Source of the DNA: an uncultured bacterium
Lineage (GTDB): Bacteria; Patescibacteriota; Minisyncoccia; Phycocordibacterales; PALSA-1337
NCBI GenBank assembly: GCA_963848635.1
Contig: CAWKEA010000005.1
Coordinates: 175,341 to 239,340 of the forward strand
Reading direction: 5' to 3'
DNA length: 64,000 nt
Shown: piece by piece, positions 47,483 to 56,418 of the stretch
How positions within the stretch are numbered: position 1 is the stretch's first letter
Layout: each line of letters begins with the position of its first letter
The notes under the pieces: generated by a model
Database searches by the model: none
Told to the model about the DNA's origin: nothing
The model's input: only the letters and a program-made list of their open reading frames with translations
Position numbers and translations under genes: made by a program

Positions 47483-48775
47483 ATGTCACTATTCACAAAA
47501 GTAAAAGACAAGATAACCCACAAGGAAGGAGAAGCCGAAAGCCAAAAGCTTAAAACAGAAAGCAGAGAAGAGACAAAGAAAGACAAAGCAGACGAGCCGA
47601 CAGCGGCGGCCGATGAAAGATCGACTGAAAAAGCGCCGAAAGCGGCCAAGACGAAGAAACCCGCATCGAAAGACACGAAAGCCGCAGATGACGCGGCAAA
47701 GGCAAAAGCCGCGACGATGATGGGCAAGCTTTTGACGGAGTCGAAAACTCCCCCATCAGAAGGCGACATCATCGAGGGTCCCGTCATCAATATCGACAAG
47801 ACCGCCGTATATGTCGACCTTGCTCCGTTCGGAACCGGCATCATTTTCGGCAAGGAATTCCTGACCGCGCGCGACATCATACGGAACATAAATGTCGGCG
47901 ACACCGTAGCGGCAAAGATCGTCGGCTCGGACAATGAAGACGGCTACATCGAGCTCTCTCTCAAGGAAGCCCGCCAAGCGATCATCTGGAGCGAGGCGGA
48001 GACAGCGATCAAAAATCGCACGATCCTCAACCTGCCAGTCACGGAAGCCAACAAAGGCGGCCTCATCATACAATGGCAAGGCATATCGGGCTTTTTGCCT
48101 GCTTCCCAGCTGAAACCAGACCACTATCCGCGCGTGGCTGACGGCGACAAGGAAAAGATCTTCGATGAGCTGAAGAAGCTCGTCGGCAAGAATCTGTCGG
48201 TAGCCATCATCACCGCCAGTCCAAAGGAGGGCAAGCTCATCTTCTCGGAAAAGAGCCCCGGCGAGAAAGACAAGGAAAAGATGACCGGCAAATATGCTGT
48301 CGGCGACGAGATAGAGGGCGAAGTGACCGGCGTCGTCGATTTCGGCGCTTTCGTCAAGATCGAAGACAATCTGGAAGGCCTCGTCCACATCTCCGAGATC
48401 GATTGGTCTCTCGTCGAGAATCCGAATGCGTACGTCAAAGTCGGACAAAAGATCCGGGCCAAGATAATCGACATCAAGGACGGCAAGATCTCGCTCTCGC
48501 TCAAGGCCCTCAAGGAGAACCCATGGGTCGAAGCGGCAAAGAAATACAAGAAAGACATGAAAGTCGACGGCGTCATCATCAAATTCAACAAGCATGGCGC
48601 GCTCGCCTCGATCGAAGAAGGCGTGGCAGGCCTCGTCCATGTCTCGGAATTCGGCTCCGAGGAAAAGCTCCGAAAGAACCTCGAACTCGGCAAAGTCTAT
48701 CCGTTCAAGATAACCGTCTTCGATGCCAAGGAGCAAAAGATGGCCTTGTCGTTCGCAGGGAAAAAATCTATCTAA
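47483..48775 (+). CDS. rpsA: S1 RNA-binding domain protein (ribosomal protein S1-like, four S1 repeats) with ~85-aa K/A/E-rich N-terminal extension
   Basis: Repeated 'G..V.G.V..I...GAFVKI..LEGLVHISEI' S1 motifs. Confidence 0.8.
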   Translation: MSLFTKVKDKITHKEGEAESQKLKTESREETKKDKADEPTAAADERSTEKAPKAAKTKKPASKDTKAADDAAKAKAATMMGKLLTESKTPPSEGDIIEGPVINIDKTAVYVDLAPFGTGIIFGKEFLTARDIIRNINVGDTVAAKIVGSDNEDGYIELSLKEARQAIIWSEAETAIKNRTILNLPVTEANKGGLIIQWQGISGFLPASQLKPDHYPRVADGDKEKIFDELKKLVGKNLSVAIITASPKEGKLIFSEKSPGEKDKEKMTGKYAVGDEIEGEVTGVVDFGAFVKIEDNLEGLVHISEIDWSLVENPNAYVKVGQKIRAKIIDIKDGKISLSLKALKENPWVEAAKKYKKDMKVDGVIIKFNKHGALASIEEGVAGLVHVSEFGSEEKLRKNLELGKVYPFKITVFDAKEQKMALSFAGKKSI

Positions 48776-48863
48776 ATTTCGCGAGAACTCGTCTGGAATT
48801 TTTGAAGCAAATCATAAACAAAAACTGCCGATCCATGGGCAGTTTTTTGTTGCGCAGTCGTAA

Positions 48864-48941
48864 TGGTGCCGAGGACCAGGATCCCAGACGCAGGCTGTGC
48901 CTGCTATCGGTAACTTACTATCGGTGCCGAGGACCAGGATC
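48864..48941. repeat. Direct duplication of the tRNA-Phe 3' end (ggtgccgaggaccaggatc) ~40 bp apart
   Basis: Copies at 48864-48882 and 48923-48941. Inter-copy segment holds a GCAGGC-aca-GCCTGC hairpin. Confidence 0.8.
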
Positions 48942-48997
48942 GAACTGGTGACCCTTCCCTCTTCAGGGGAATGCTCTACCAACTGAGCTACCTCGGC
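48925..48997 (-). tRNA. tRNA-Phe(GAA)
   Basis: Reverse-strand fold: GCCGAGG acceptor, loop CTGAAGA, T-arm CCAGTTCGATCCTGG. Confidence 0.85.
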
Positions 48998-49013
48998 GTA
49001 TTGTATTTTACTG

Positions 49014-49325
49014 TTATTGCGATTGATACTGTTTCAGCGCGTTCTGAAGCTCCTGACCGAATGATTGGCTTTGACCCGTACTGCTTCCACCGCTCGTCTG
49101 ACTGCCGGATAAACTGCTCACATCTCCGAGGGCGCCCGTCAACGAATTGATATATGGCTGGATAAAGTAGAATGCGCCGAAAGTCAGCCCTATGATGAGC
49201 ACCCAATACAAAATTTGAAAAGTAGATTGCCAGCGCGCAGAGCGTCGCATCGATTTCAAGAGCTTGTTGTTCTCTTCGGTCAAGGCGGCGGTACGCTCCA
49301 GCAATGATCTTTCTTCGGGTGTCAT
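49014..49325 (-). CDS. Hypothetical small membrane protein with Ser/Gly-rich tail
   Basis: 104 aa from the internal ATG (MTPEERSLLERTAAL...). One TM helix. Confidence 0.45.
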   Translation of the reverse strand: MTPEERSLLERTAALTEENNKLLKSMRRSARWQSTFQILYWVLIIGLTFGAFYFIQPYINSLTGALGDVSSLSGSQTSGGSSTGQSQSFGQELQNALKQYQSQ

Positions 49326-49362
49326 GAGAAATAGTCTAGCAAAAGTCGTGCAAAAAGGCCAC

Positions 49363-50744
49363 TTAGGCCAAGGTGCTACCTTGACCATACGCCGCTGCCT
49401 CGCCTCCTGCAACGTAGCCCGTCGTCCAGCAGAGCTGTAGAGAATAGCCGCCGGATGGACGGTTGATATGCAAAAGGTCGCCCGTGACGAACAGGTTGTC
49501 CACGACTTTCGACGCACACGTGCGCATATCGATCTCATCGAGCGCGACGCCGCCGTCGGAAACGACGGCGCGATCATTGCCCATGAGGCCGGTGATCGTG
49601 ACAGGCAAAGCTTTGAGGAGCCGGACGAGCGTCTTGCGCTCATCACGGGTGATGCTGTGGACTTTTGTTGCAAGGTCGATCGTGCCGGATCGTCCTTTAT
49701 CATCTCCAATATGCGCATCAAAACTTTCGACTAATATCTCGACGCCTTTCGCCATGCCGGCAGGCAGGATATCGCCGAGCACGTTCTTGAGCATCTTATT
49801 CTTGTTCTGATCGAATACTGCGACGACCCTTTTCTCAAAGGTTCCGAGGTCTTCGGCAGGAAAAAGATCGATGCTCGCTGTCACCGCGCCGGACTTCAAA
49901 AGATCGGATACTTTTTTCGCGCTGTTGAGGATAAGAGGGCCCGAAAGGCCGAAATGGGTAAAAAGCAGGCGGCCTTTCTTTGAAAAGGATTTGACCCCGT
50001 CGACAAAAAAAGCTATCTTCATGTCTTCGACGGAAATACCGGCCATCTTTTTGATCCAAGCGTCGCTCACTGAGAGAGGCACGATCGAGGGAGTCGGGTC
50101 TACGACCGTATGCCCTAGTTTTCGAAGCCAGCCAAAGCCGTCGCCTGTCGAGCCAGTTTCCTTGTGCGATGCGCCGCCTGTGGCAAAAATGAACGATCTT
50201 CCATAATATTCCGTTGTGCCGCATGCGACGGAAATGATCCGGCTTTCCCGCTTTTCTTGCACGTCTGCCCTTCGCCTTCTTCCGCGTCTCGCTCATTTTG
50301 AGAGCTTAAAATATCATCGCAATTCACTCGTGTCACCGCCGAGCTTGTCTTGACTATCACTCCGCCGCCGCGCACATATCTTTCAAGGACGTCATAGACA
50401 TCTGTGGCCTTCTGGCTCTTTGGAAACGCTCGCTTGCGCTCTTCGATCACGAGGGGCAAGCCGCGCGACTCAAAGAACGAGAACGTCTCCGCGATGCCGA
50501 ATCTCGAAAATATCGAGAATAGAAATTTTCCAGCCGGGCCATAATGAGCAAGGAGCGCATGCACGTCATATTCTGCATTGGTGATGTTGCAACGGCCTCC
50601 GCCGGTTATCTTGAGCTTCTCGCCCATCTTTGAATTCTTTTCGAGGATAAGGACCCGAGCGCCGATCTCGGCCGCTCGCCCTGCGGCCATCAATCCCGAT
50701 GCGCCTCCTCCGACGACGATGACGTCATAGATGTCTTTGCTCAT
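49363..50744 (-). pseudogene. HI0933-family FAD-dependent flavoprotein interrupted by a frameshift
   Basis: N-terminal frame 'YDVIVVGGGASGLMAAGRAAE...GGGRCNITN'. C-terminal frame 'FIFATGGASHKETGSTGDGFGWL...'. Frames overlap at 50115-50262. Confidence 0.6.
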
Positions 50745-50747
50745 ATG

Positions 50748-50820
50748 TGCCCCCACCAGGAATCGGACCTGGATCTTTTCCTTAGGACGGAATCGTTCTA
50801 TCCATTGAACTACAGGGGCG
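50748..50820 (-). tRNA. tRNA-Arg(CCT)
   Basis: Reverse-strand fold: acceptor GCCCCTG/TGGGGGC (two G-U pairs), D-stem GTTC/GAAC, loop GTCCTAA, T-arm CCAGG/CCTGG. One A-A mismatch at the anticodon-stem base. Confidence 0.6.
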
Positions 50821-50905
50821 AATTCGACTGCGGTCGAATTCGTGCCGGTAGTAGCAACTACCGGCCATGTAAATTAACCGCTGTGCTCATTTATCTATTA
50901 TCTTT

Positions 50906-51138
50906 TTACTTCCCGAGCGCAGCCGCGATGGCTTTCTCATCAAAGCCGACGATGACTGTTTCGCCGATCAGATGACCGGCACGCCCAACTGGCCGGTCTT
51001 GTCGACCATCTCCTTTCGCCTCACTTCGTCAGAGGCGACGTTGTATTCAGTGAAAGCGACGTTGTTCTTCGTGAAATAGTCCTTTGCGGCCTTGCAATAG
51101 GTGCAGGTAGGGGTTGAATATATGGTTATTGATGGCAT
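50906..51138 (-). pseudogene. Glutaredoxin/NrdH-like small redoxin with a frameshift after 'GVPVI'
   Basis: 'MPSITIYSTPTCTYCKAAKDYF...QLGVPVI' then TGA. The next frame gives 'IGETVIVGFDEKAIAAALGK'. Length is not a multiple of 3. Confidence 0.5.
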
Positions 51139-51458
51139 GATGTGGTTTGATTATTATGGCAAGCGAGGATCATGTGATTGCTTGCAAGCACAATGTCCGA
51201 GCGCAGTCATAAGAAAGTATTCTTTATGCGGTTAATTCGTCAGAGAAAGTATAGCACAAATCGATAATGGACCGGAAGCGGCGAACATGACAAACGAACA
51301 TGTTCTAGCTTTGAACCACATCTTCTGTGCCACATAGCCATCGCGATTGATAGAGATACTCTAATCAGAGTACGGGATCGATTGCTATATTTCATTCATC
51401 TTGTTATCATTCTACTGCTCAATAGAGTCATTTTTCGCTTCAATCAAAACACTAATTC

Positions 51459-54377
51459 ATGTTCATTCCCACAAAGAAACTAAAGAGGGTCTTGATTCCA
51501 GCTATCATTTTTTTTGCAGGCATATTTTCATTTATAAATCACGCGCATGCCGCACTCATCAATGCAAGCGCGGTCTTGGGCCAAGGCGGCAGTTATACCA
51601 CCGACACCGCAAACTACCCTTCGGGTAGCGTCACCCCTTATGGATTAAGCCAAACATGGAGCGTTGCTCTCGATACAGTCAATAATCGCCTGTTCGTTTC
51701 AGACTCTGGCAACAACCGCATCCTCGTCTACCCTCTTGATAGCTCCAACAATCTGACGACAACGACCCCGAGCTACGTTCTCGGTTCTTGCAACTTTACG
51801 GCTGCTGGCGCCGGCGGCGTGTCATCGACTACTTTTAGCGCAGGCGATTGGGTTAATGTAGAGTATGATTATACCAATTCTCGTCTCTTTGTTTCAGATG
51901 GCAATCATAACCGAGTACTTGGTTTCAATGTCGCAACTTCGACCATCAGCAACTGCGAGCCCGCTTCGTTCGTCGTAGGCCAAGGAAGCTTCACTTCATC
52001 TACTGCCACAACGACGCAAAACGGCCTTAACGGTCCTGATGACATGTTTTATGATCCGATAAATGGACGTTTATTTGTGTCTGATAACCCTAACAATCGC
52101 GTGATGGCCTTTAGCGTTCCCGCAAACGCCACGAGCAGTATCAACGGCGAAAACGCTATCTTTGAACTCGGTCAATCGAGCTTTTCTGGGAAAGCTACCG
52201 GCCTGTCGCAGAGCGGCCTCAATGGACCAAACGGTCTGTCGTATGATTATGTGAATTCACGCCTATTCGTCTCTGACGGCAACAATAATCGCGTGATGGC
52301 CTTTAGCGTTCCCGCAAACGCCACGAGCAGTATCAACGGCGAAAACGCTATCTTTGAACTCGGTCAGCCGGATTTTAACACAGGCACTGCTGCTACGACG
52401 CAATCAGGATTGAATCTCTCCGATGACAGCGACTGGGATTCGACGGCGAACCGTCTTTTTGTCGCCGATGCCCTAAATGCAAGGATCGTTATTTTCAATG
52501 TTCCCAACAATGCCACGAGCAGTATCAACGGCGAAAATGCTGAACAGAATATAGGTCAATCGAATTGGACGAACAAGACTGCCGGCACCGCGCAAAATCA
52601 GTTTACCTATGTCGAATCTCCTCATGCATATGATCCTGTCAATAATAAATTCTGGACATATGAATGGACGAGGAACCGCGTTCTCGAATTCAGTATGATA
52701 AAGATCACGACTGCTTCGCTCCCTTCCGCTACCGTCGGCAGTCTGTATTCTCAGACCCTCATCTCGACTTCTTCCCAAGGGACGGTCACGTGGAACCTCG
52801 CGAGCACATCCTCAAGCCTTCCCGCCGGTCTTTCCTTGAACTCTTCCACGGGAGTGATTTCAGGGACACCCACTGTCATCGGCAGTTACCCGGTGACTAT
52901 CGAAGCGGATGATAATTACACGACGGGCCCTTTCTTCTATCGACAAAATTATACGATTCAAGTCAATGCTGCGTATCCAACCGTCATTCTCACTGCAGGC
53001 CTCGCCACGTCATCCATAACTCAGACATCAGTGATCTTGAACGCTACTACAACATCGACCGGAGGCGCTTCCACCACCATCGAAGGCTTCAATATCGGCA
53101 CGACGACGAGCTATGGCACGGTAGCATCGACATCCGGAACTTTTGGTATAGGTCCTTTTTCTCAATCAGTCAGCGGTTTAACGTGCGGTACGATTTATAA
53201 TTTCCAAGCGTTTGCAACAAACTCCGGCGGAACAGGTACTTCCTCCAATATGACATTCACTACCAATCCCTGCACCTACACCCTCAGCTACGCCGCCGGA
53301 ACGAACGGCACGATATCAGGATCCTCGACCCAAGTGGTGTCGAGCGGCTCAAGCGGCAGTCCTGTCACCGCCGTGGCCAACTCCGGCTATCATTTCGTCA
53401 GCTGGTCCGACGCTTCGACCACGAATCCCCGCACCGACGCGAACGTAGCCGGCAATGTGACGGTGACGGCGAGCTTCGCTACGACCACCTACACCCTCAG
53501 CTACGCCGCCGGAACGAACGGCACGATATCAGGATCCTCGACCCAAGTGGTGTCGAGCGGCTCAAGCGGCAGTCCTGTCACCGCCGTGGCCAACTCCGGC
53601 TATCATTTCGTCAGCTGGTCCGACGCTTCGACCACGAATCCCCGCACCGACGCGAACGTAGCCGGCAATGTGACGGTGACGGCGAGCTTCGCTACGACCA
53701 CCTACACCCTCAGCTACGCCGCCGGAACGAACGGCACGATATCAGGATCCTCGACCCAAGTGGTGTCGAGCGGCTCAAGCGGCAGTCCTGTCACCGCCGT
53801 GGCCAACTCCGGCTATCATTTCGTCAGCTGGTCCGACGCTTCGACCACGAATCCCCGCACCGACGCGAACGTAGCCGGCAATGTGACGGTGACGGCGAGC
53901 TTCGCTGTGACAGATGTCACGGCACAGCAACAACAAACAACCGCTCCGAGCGTCTCATCCTCTGGCGGTTCGATCTCTGCGTCGGCTTTAGCTTCGATCC
54001 TCGCTCCAAGCCCCGCAACGACCGCCTATCTTGATTCTCTTGAAAAGCAAACTTCCAATTGTCCTCCCGGATTCATGTGCGCGCCGCTTGCAACGGCTAC
54101 GAGCACCTATCCGTCACCTATGGTTCTCCCGCTTGCCTTCACTCGGGACCTGACCATCGGTTCGATCGGCTCTGACGTAAAAGCACTCCAAATATACCTG
54201 AATCGTCACGGATCTATCCTCGCTCAGACAGGCCCCGGCTCTCCCGGGGATGAAACCGCATCCTTCGGCGTCCTCACCAGATCCGCTCTTGCCAGACTCC
54301 AGAGAGCAGATGACATATCGCCGTCCATCGGATATTTTGGCACGATCACGAGAAATTATATTCTGAAGCATCCATAA
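51459..54377 (+). CDS. Large secreted surface protein: NHL-like repeats, Ig-like domain, three identical 71-aa bacterial repeat units, C-terminal peptidoglycan-binding domain
   Basis: Signal/TM 'VLIPAIIFFAGIFSFINHAHA'. 'NNRILVY/NHNRVLGF/NNRVMAF' NHL-type blades. 'YTLSYAAGTNGTISGSS...GYHFVSWSD' x3. 'VKALQIYLNRHGSILAQTG' PG_binding_1. Confidence 0.8.
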   Translation: MFIPTKKLKRVLIPAIIFFAGIFSFINHAHAALINASAVLGQGGSYTTDTANYPSGSVTPYGLSQTWSVALDTVNNRLFVSDSGNNRILVYPLDSSNNLTTTTPSYVLGSCNFTAAGAGGVSSTTFSAGDWVNVEYDYTNSRLFVSDGNHNRVLGFNVATSTISNCEPASFVVGQGSFTSSTATTTQNGLNGPDDMFYDPINGRLFVSDNPNNRVMAFSVPANATSSINGENAIFELGQSSFSGKATGLSQSGLNGPNGLSYDYVNSRLFVSDGNNNRVMAFSVPANATSSINGENAIFELGQPDFNTGTAATTQSGLNLSDDSDWDSTANRLFVADALNARIVIFNVPNNATSSINGENAEQNIGQSNWTNKTAGTAQNQFTYVESPHAYDPVNNKFWTYEWTRNRVLEFSMIKITTASLPSATVGSLYSQTLISTSSQGTVTWNLASTSSSLPAGLSLNSSTGVISGTPTVIGSYPVTIEADDNYTTGPFFYRQNYTIQVNAAYPTVILTAGLATSSITQTSVILNATTTSTGGASTTIEGFNIGTTTSYGTVASTSGTFGIGPFSQSVSGLTCGTIYNFQAFATNSGGTGTSSNMTFTTNPCTYTLSYAAGTNGTISGSSTQVVSSGSSGSPVTAVANSGYHFVSWSDASTTNPRTDANVAGNVTVTASFATTTYTLSYAAGTNGTISGSSTQVVSSGSSGSPVTAVANSGYHFVSWSDASTTNPRTDANVAGNVTVTASFATTTYTLSYAAGTNGTISGSSTQVVSSGSSGSPVTAVANSGYHFVSWSDASTTNPRTDANVAGNVTVTASFAVTDVTAQQQQTTAPSVSSSGGSISASALASILAPSPATTAYLDSLEKQTSNCPPGFMCAPLATATSTYPSPMVLPLAFTRDLTIGSIGSDVKALQIYLNRHGSILAQTGPGSPGDETASFGVLTRSALARLQRADDISPSIGYFGTITRNYILKHP
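53273..53903 (+). repeat. Three tandem 213-bp units, identical at nucleotide level, within the surface-protein gene
   Basis: Unit starts at 53273, 53486 and 53699. The third is truncated. Confidence 0.85.
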
Positions 54378-54430
54378 AAGACATTGGGTCATTTGGCAAT
54401 TGATTCGGTATTTGGCGGTACTAATGATTA

Positions 54431-54604
54431 TGTGCGAGATGCGGGAATCGGTCACAGGTCTCGCCGTGCTCGGCTCGCCCGCGACCCCGCCTCGCTCGCC
54501 TTCGCTCGCTCCGGCTTTCGATTCTCCCATCATCGTCGCAATGATGCTTCGTTCGAACAGCCCCCGGCCGTTCTCACGAATCATTGTGCGAGATGCGGGA
54601 ATCG
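54431..54604. repeat. Duplicated tRNA-Gly 3' end (tgtgcgagatgcgggaatcg) enclosing a ~135-bp mini-element homologous to the tRNA-Leu-associated unit
   Basis: Copies at 54431-54450 and 54585-54604. The element shares 'gagaatcgaaagccggagc' and the terminal 'ggcgaga..ctgtgacc' with the 23680-23839 unit. Confidence 0.75.
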
Positions 54605-54657
54605 AACCCGCGTTTAATGCTTGGGAAGCACTCGTTTTGCCACTAAACTAATCTCGC
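54587..54657 (-). tRNA. tRNA-Gly(CCC)
   Basis: Reverse-strand fold: acceptor GCGAGAT/ATCTCGC, loop TTCCCAA, T-arm GCGGG/CCCGC. Confidence 0.85.
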
Positions 54658-54671
54658 GTTCGCCGCTTTTT

Positions 54672-55058
54672 TTAAAAGACATTTCCAAACCATTCACCGG
54701 CACTTTGCCAAAACGTCATGTGCGTCGTCGTCGCTGTGGCACTAGCCGCGCTATCAATGATGACGGCCAGCGATTCACCTGGCTTGACGATGCGAAAATC
54801 GGTGCGCATGACGGTTTCAGTGCCGGAAGCGGTCGAAAGCTCTGCGATCGACTGCGACAAATTTCCCTCCTGTGTTTTGAGGGCGTCAAACTGATCTTCG
54901 GCCTCGCTGAGACGGCTTTTTGACAGATCATATTTTTCATGGATGCTCCATGTCGCTCGAGCCAACAAGACTACCACGAGCCCGAGGACGATGATCGCCA
55001 CGGGAGAATAGAGCAGGCGCTTCGCCTTGCGTCGAGATTTGAATTGGTTTATGGCCAT
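54672..55058 (-). CDS. Septum-formation initiator-like protein (FtsB/DivIC-type: TM helix plus coiled coil)
   Basis: 128 aa. N-terminal TM 'VAIIVLGLVVVLLA' then coiled coil. Assignment by architecture only. Confidence 0.45.
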   Translation of the reverse strand: MAINQFKSRRKAKRLLYSPVAIIVLGLVVVLLARATWSIHEKYDLSKSRLSEAEDQFDALKTQEGNLSQSIAELSTASGTETVMRTDFRIVKPGESLAVIIDSAASATATTTHMTFWQSAGEWFGNVF

Positions 55059-55606
55059 AGTTTATGATTGAAGATCGATAGTTTGAATTGGGATCTTGAT
55101 ATGCGCGAGCAGAAGATTTCAAATCTACAATTTAAATCGTCAATTTCTCGATCGCTTGCGCGGACCGGCCTTTATAGTATACTACACGGCACAACAATCA
55201 TGCTTTTCCACAAGACAACCCGCAAGGTGCTCAACTGGACCATCATGGCTATCGGCATACTCGTCATCTTGAGCATGCTGATGCTTTATTTTCCAGCGCT
55301 CTGGCAGTCATAATCAGATCAAACACGCGTATTTAACATGTTAGACATCTGCTGATGTCTAACAGAATAAGGCTACGAAATTCAATAAGATCGGAATTAC
55401 ACAGATTTCGTTGACTTTTTCCGAGCTTAGGTATAGCTTTTTATCAGATAACCAAACGAAAGGACTTTACAATGAAAAAGAACATCGACCTCAAACCGTG
55501 ATTCAAGGATCAAAAGGCTCGTAAGATACGAGCTTCCAAAGCTAAAAAAGCTTATGAGGCCGAAATAGCAGGCCTCTTAAAATTCTATAAGAAGGCGAAA
55601 GACAAG

Positions 55607-56266
55607 GTGACCAAATTGATTCGTTCAGGCCAAACCACCGGCAATCGATTGACGGACGAAGTCATATTGCTGAGGGGCCTCGATGGTGACGCGATCGCCC
55701 GAATCAATGCATTCAGTGCAGATTGGTCCCTCGGCCAGGAGGTCTTGATCAGTGTACCGCGACTAAAGTGCACCAGGCATGTATTCATACCCACACCGGG
55801 ACACGATAATGAGTACGTCACTTTGATCGGCTACATATATGGAATTCCGTCGGGCGAAGGCATCATGGTCAATGGGAAGGGCAAAGAGCATCCAGCGGGA
55901 TTTGAAATCATCCTGCCCTTCAAACGCTATGTCATGTGGGACTTCGAACATATGAATACGGTCACCCCCGCCGAAGGACCGTTGGTTGTTGATGGAAACA
56001 TATTTGTCAGTCCAAGCGCTGAAAGATTGCTTGATGCCATCATTTCGGACGGAACACCCATATCGCTCGAGAAAATCGAGAAAAGAATGTTGCATCGATC
56101 GGATATTTTGACACCGGAAATTAAAATAACGATCATCAGCAAGGATAAAGACAGGCTTCCTGCTGAACACCGCGGAGAGACGCAGACGCATACGGCTCTC
56201 GAACACGGGCGTCGGGAAATCCAGGAATCAACGCCAGGCGAAAAGATCGCCGGCGGAGGCATCTGA
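55607..56266 (+). CDS. Hypothetical protein
   Basis: 219 aa. No motif recognised. Confidence 0.5.
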   Translation: MTKLIRSGQTTGNRLTDEVILLRGLDGDAIARINAFSADWSLGQEVLISVPRLKCTRHVFIPTPGHDNEYVTLIGYIYGIPSGEGIMVNGKGKEHPAGFEIILPFKRYVMWDFEHMNTVTPAEGPLVVDGNIFVSPSAERLLDAIISDGTPISLEKIEKRMLHRSDILTPEIKITIISKDKDRLPAEHRGETQTHTALEHGRREIQESTPGEKIAGGGI

Positions 56267-56418
56267 AATTCAGAAATAAACTGCCTCGCAGCAAGCTGCG
56301 GAGTAGTTACTCGTTTGTTCCGTCGTCGCTCGGACGTTGTGTACGAGAATACTCGTCCACACGTTCCTCGCTAGCCGGAATAAAAGCTTCCTCAGAGAGT
56401 TCCGCAAGGGACTCTTTT

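Noticed and set aside
49835-50296. 153-aa Arg-rich ORF
   Set aside because: It is the third frame across the HI0933-family gene, with basic low-complexity translation.
38434-51138. Alternative genetic code (UGA=Gly/Trp) as the explanation for interrupted genes
   Set aside because: TGA terminates intact conserved genes at the expected positions (for example the RAYT gene and uvrB). The interrupted genes need frame changes, not stop read-through. Standard code 11 retained.
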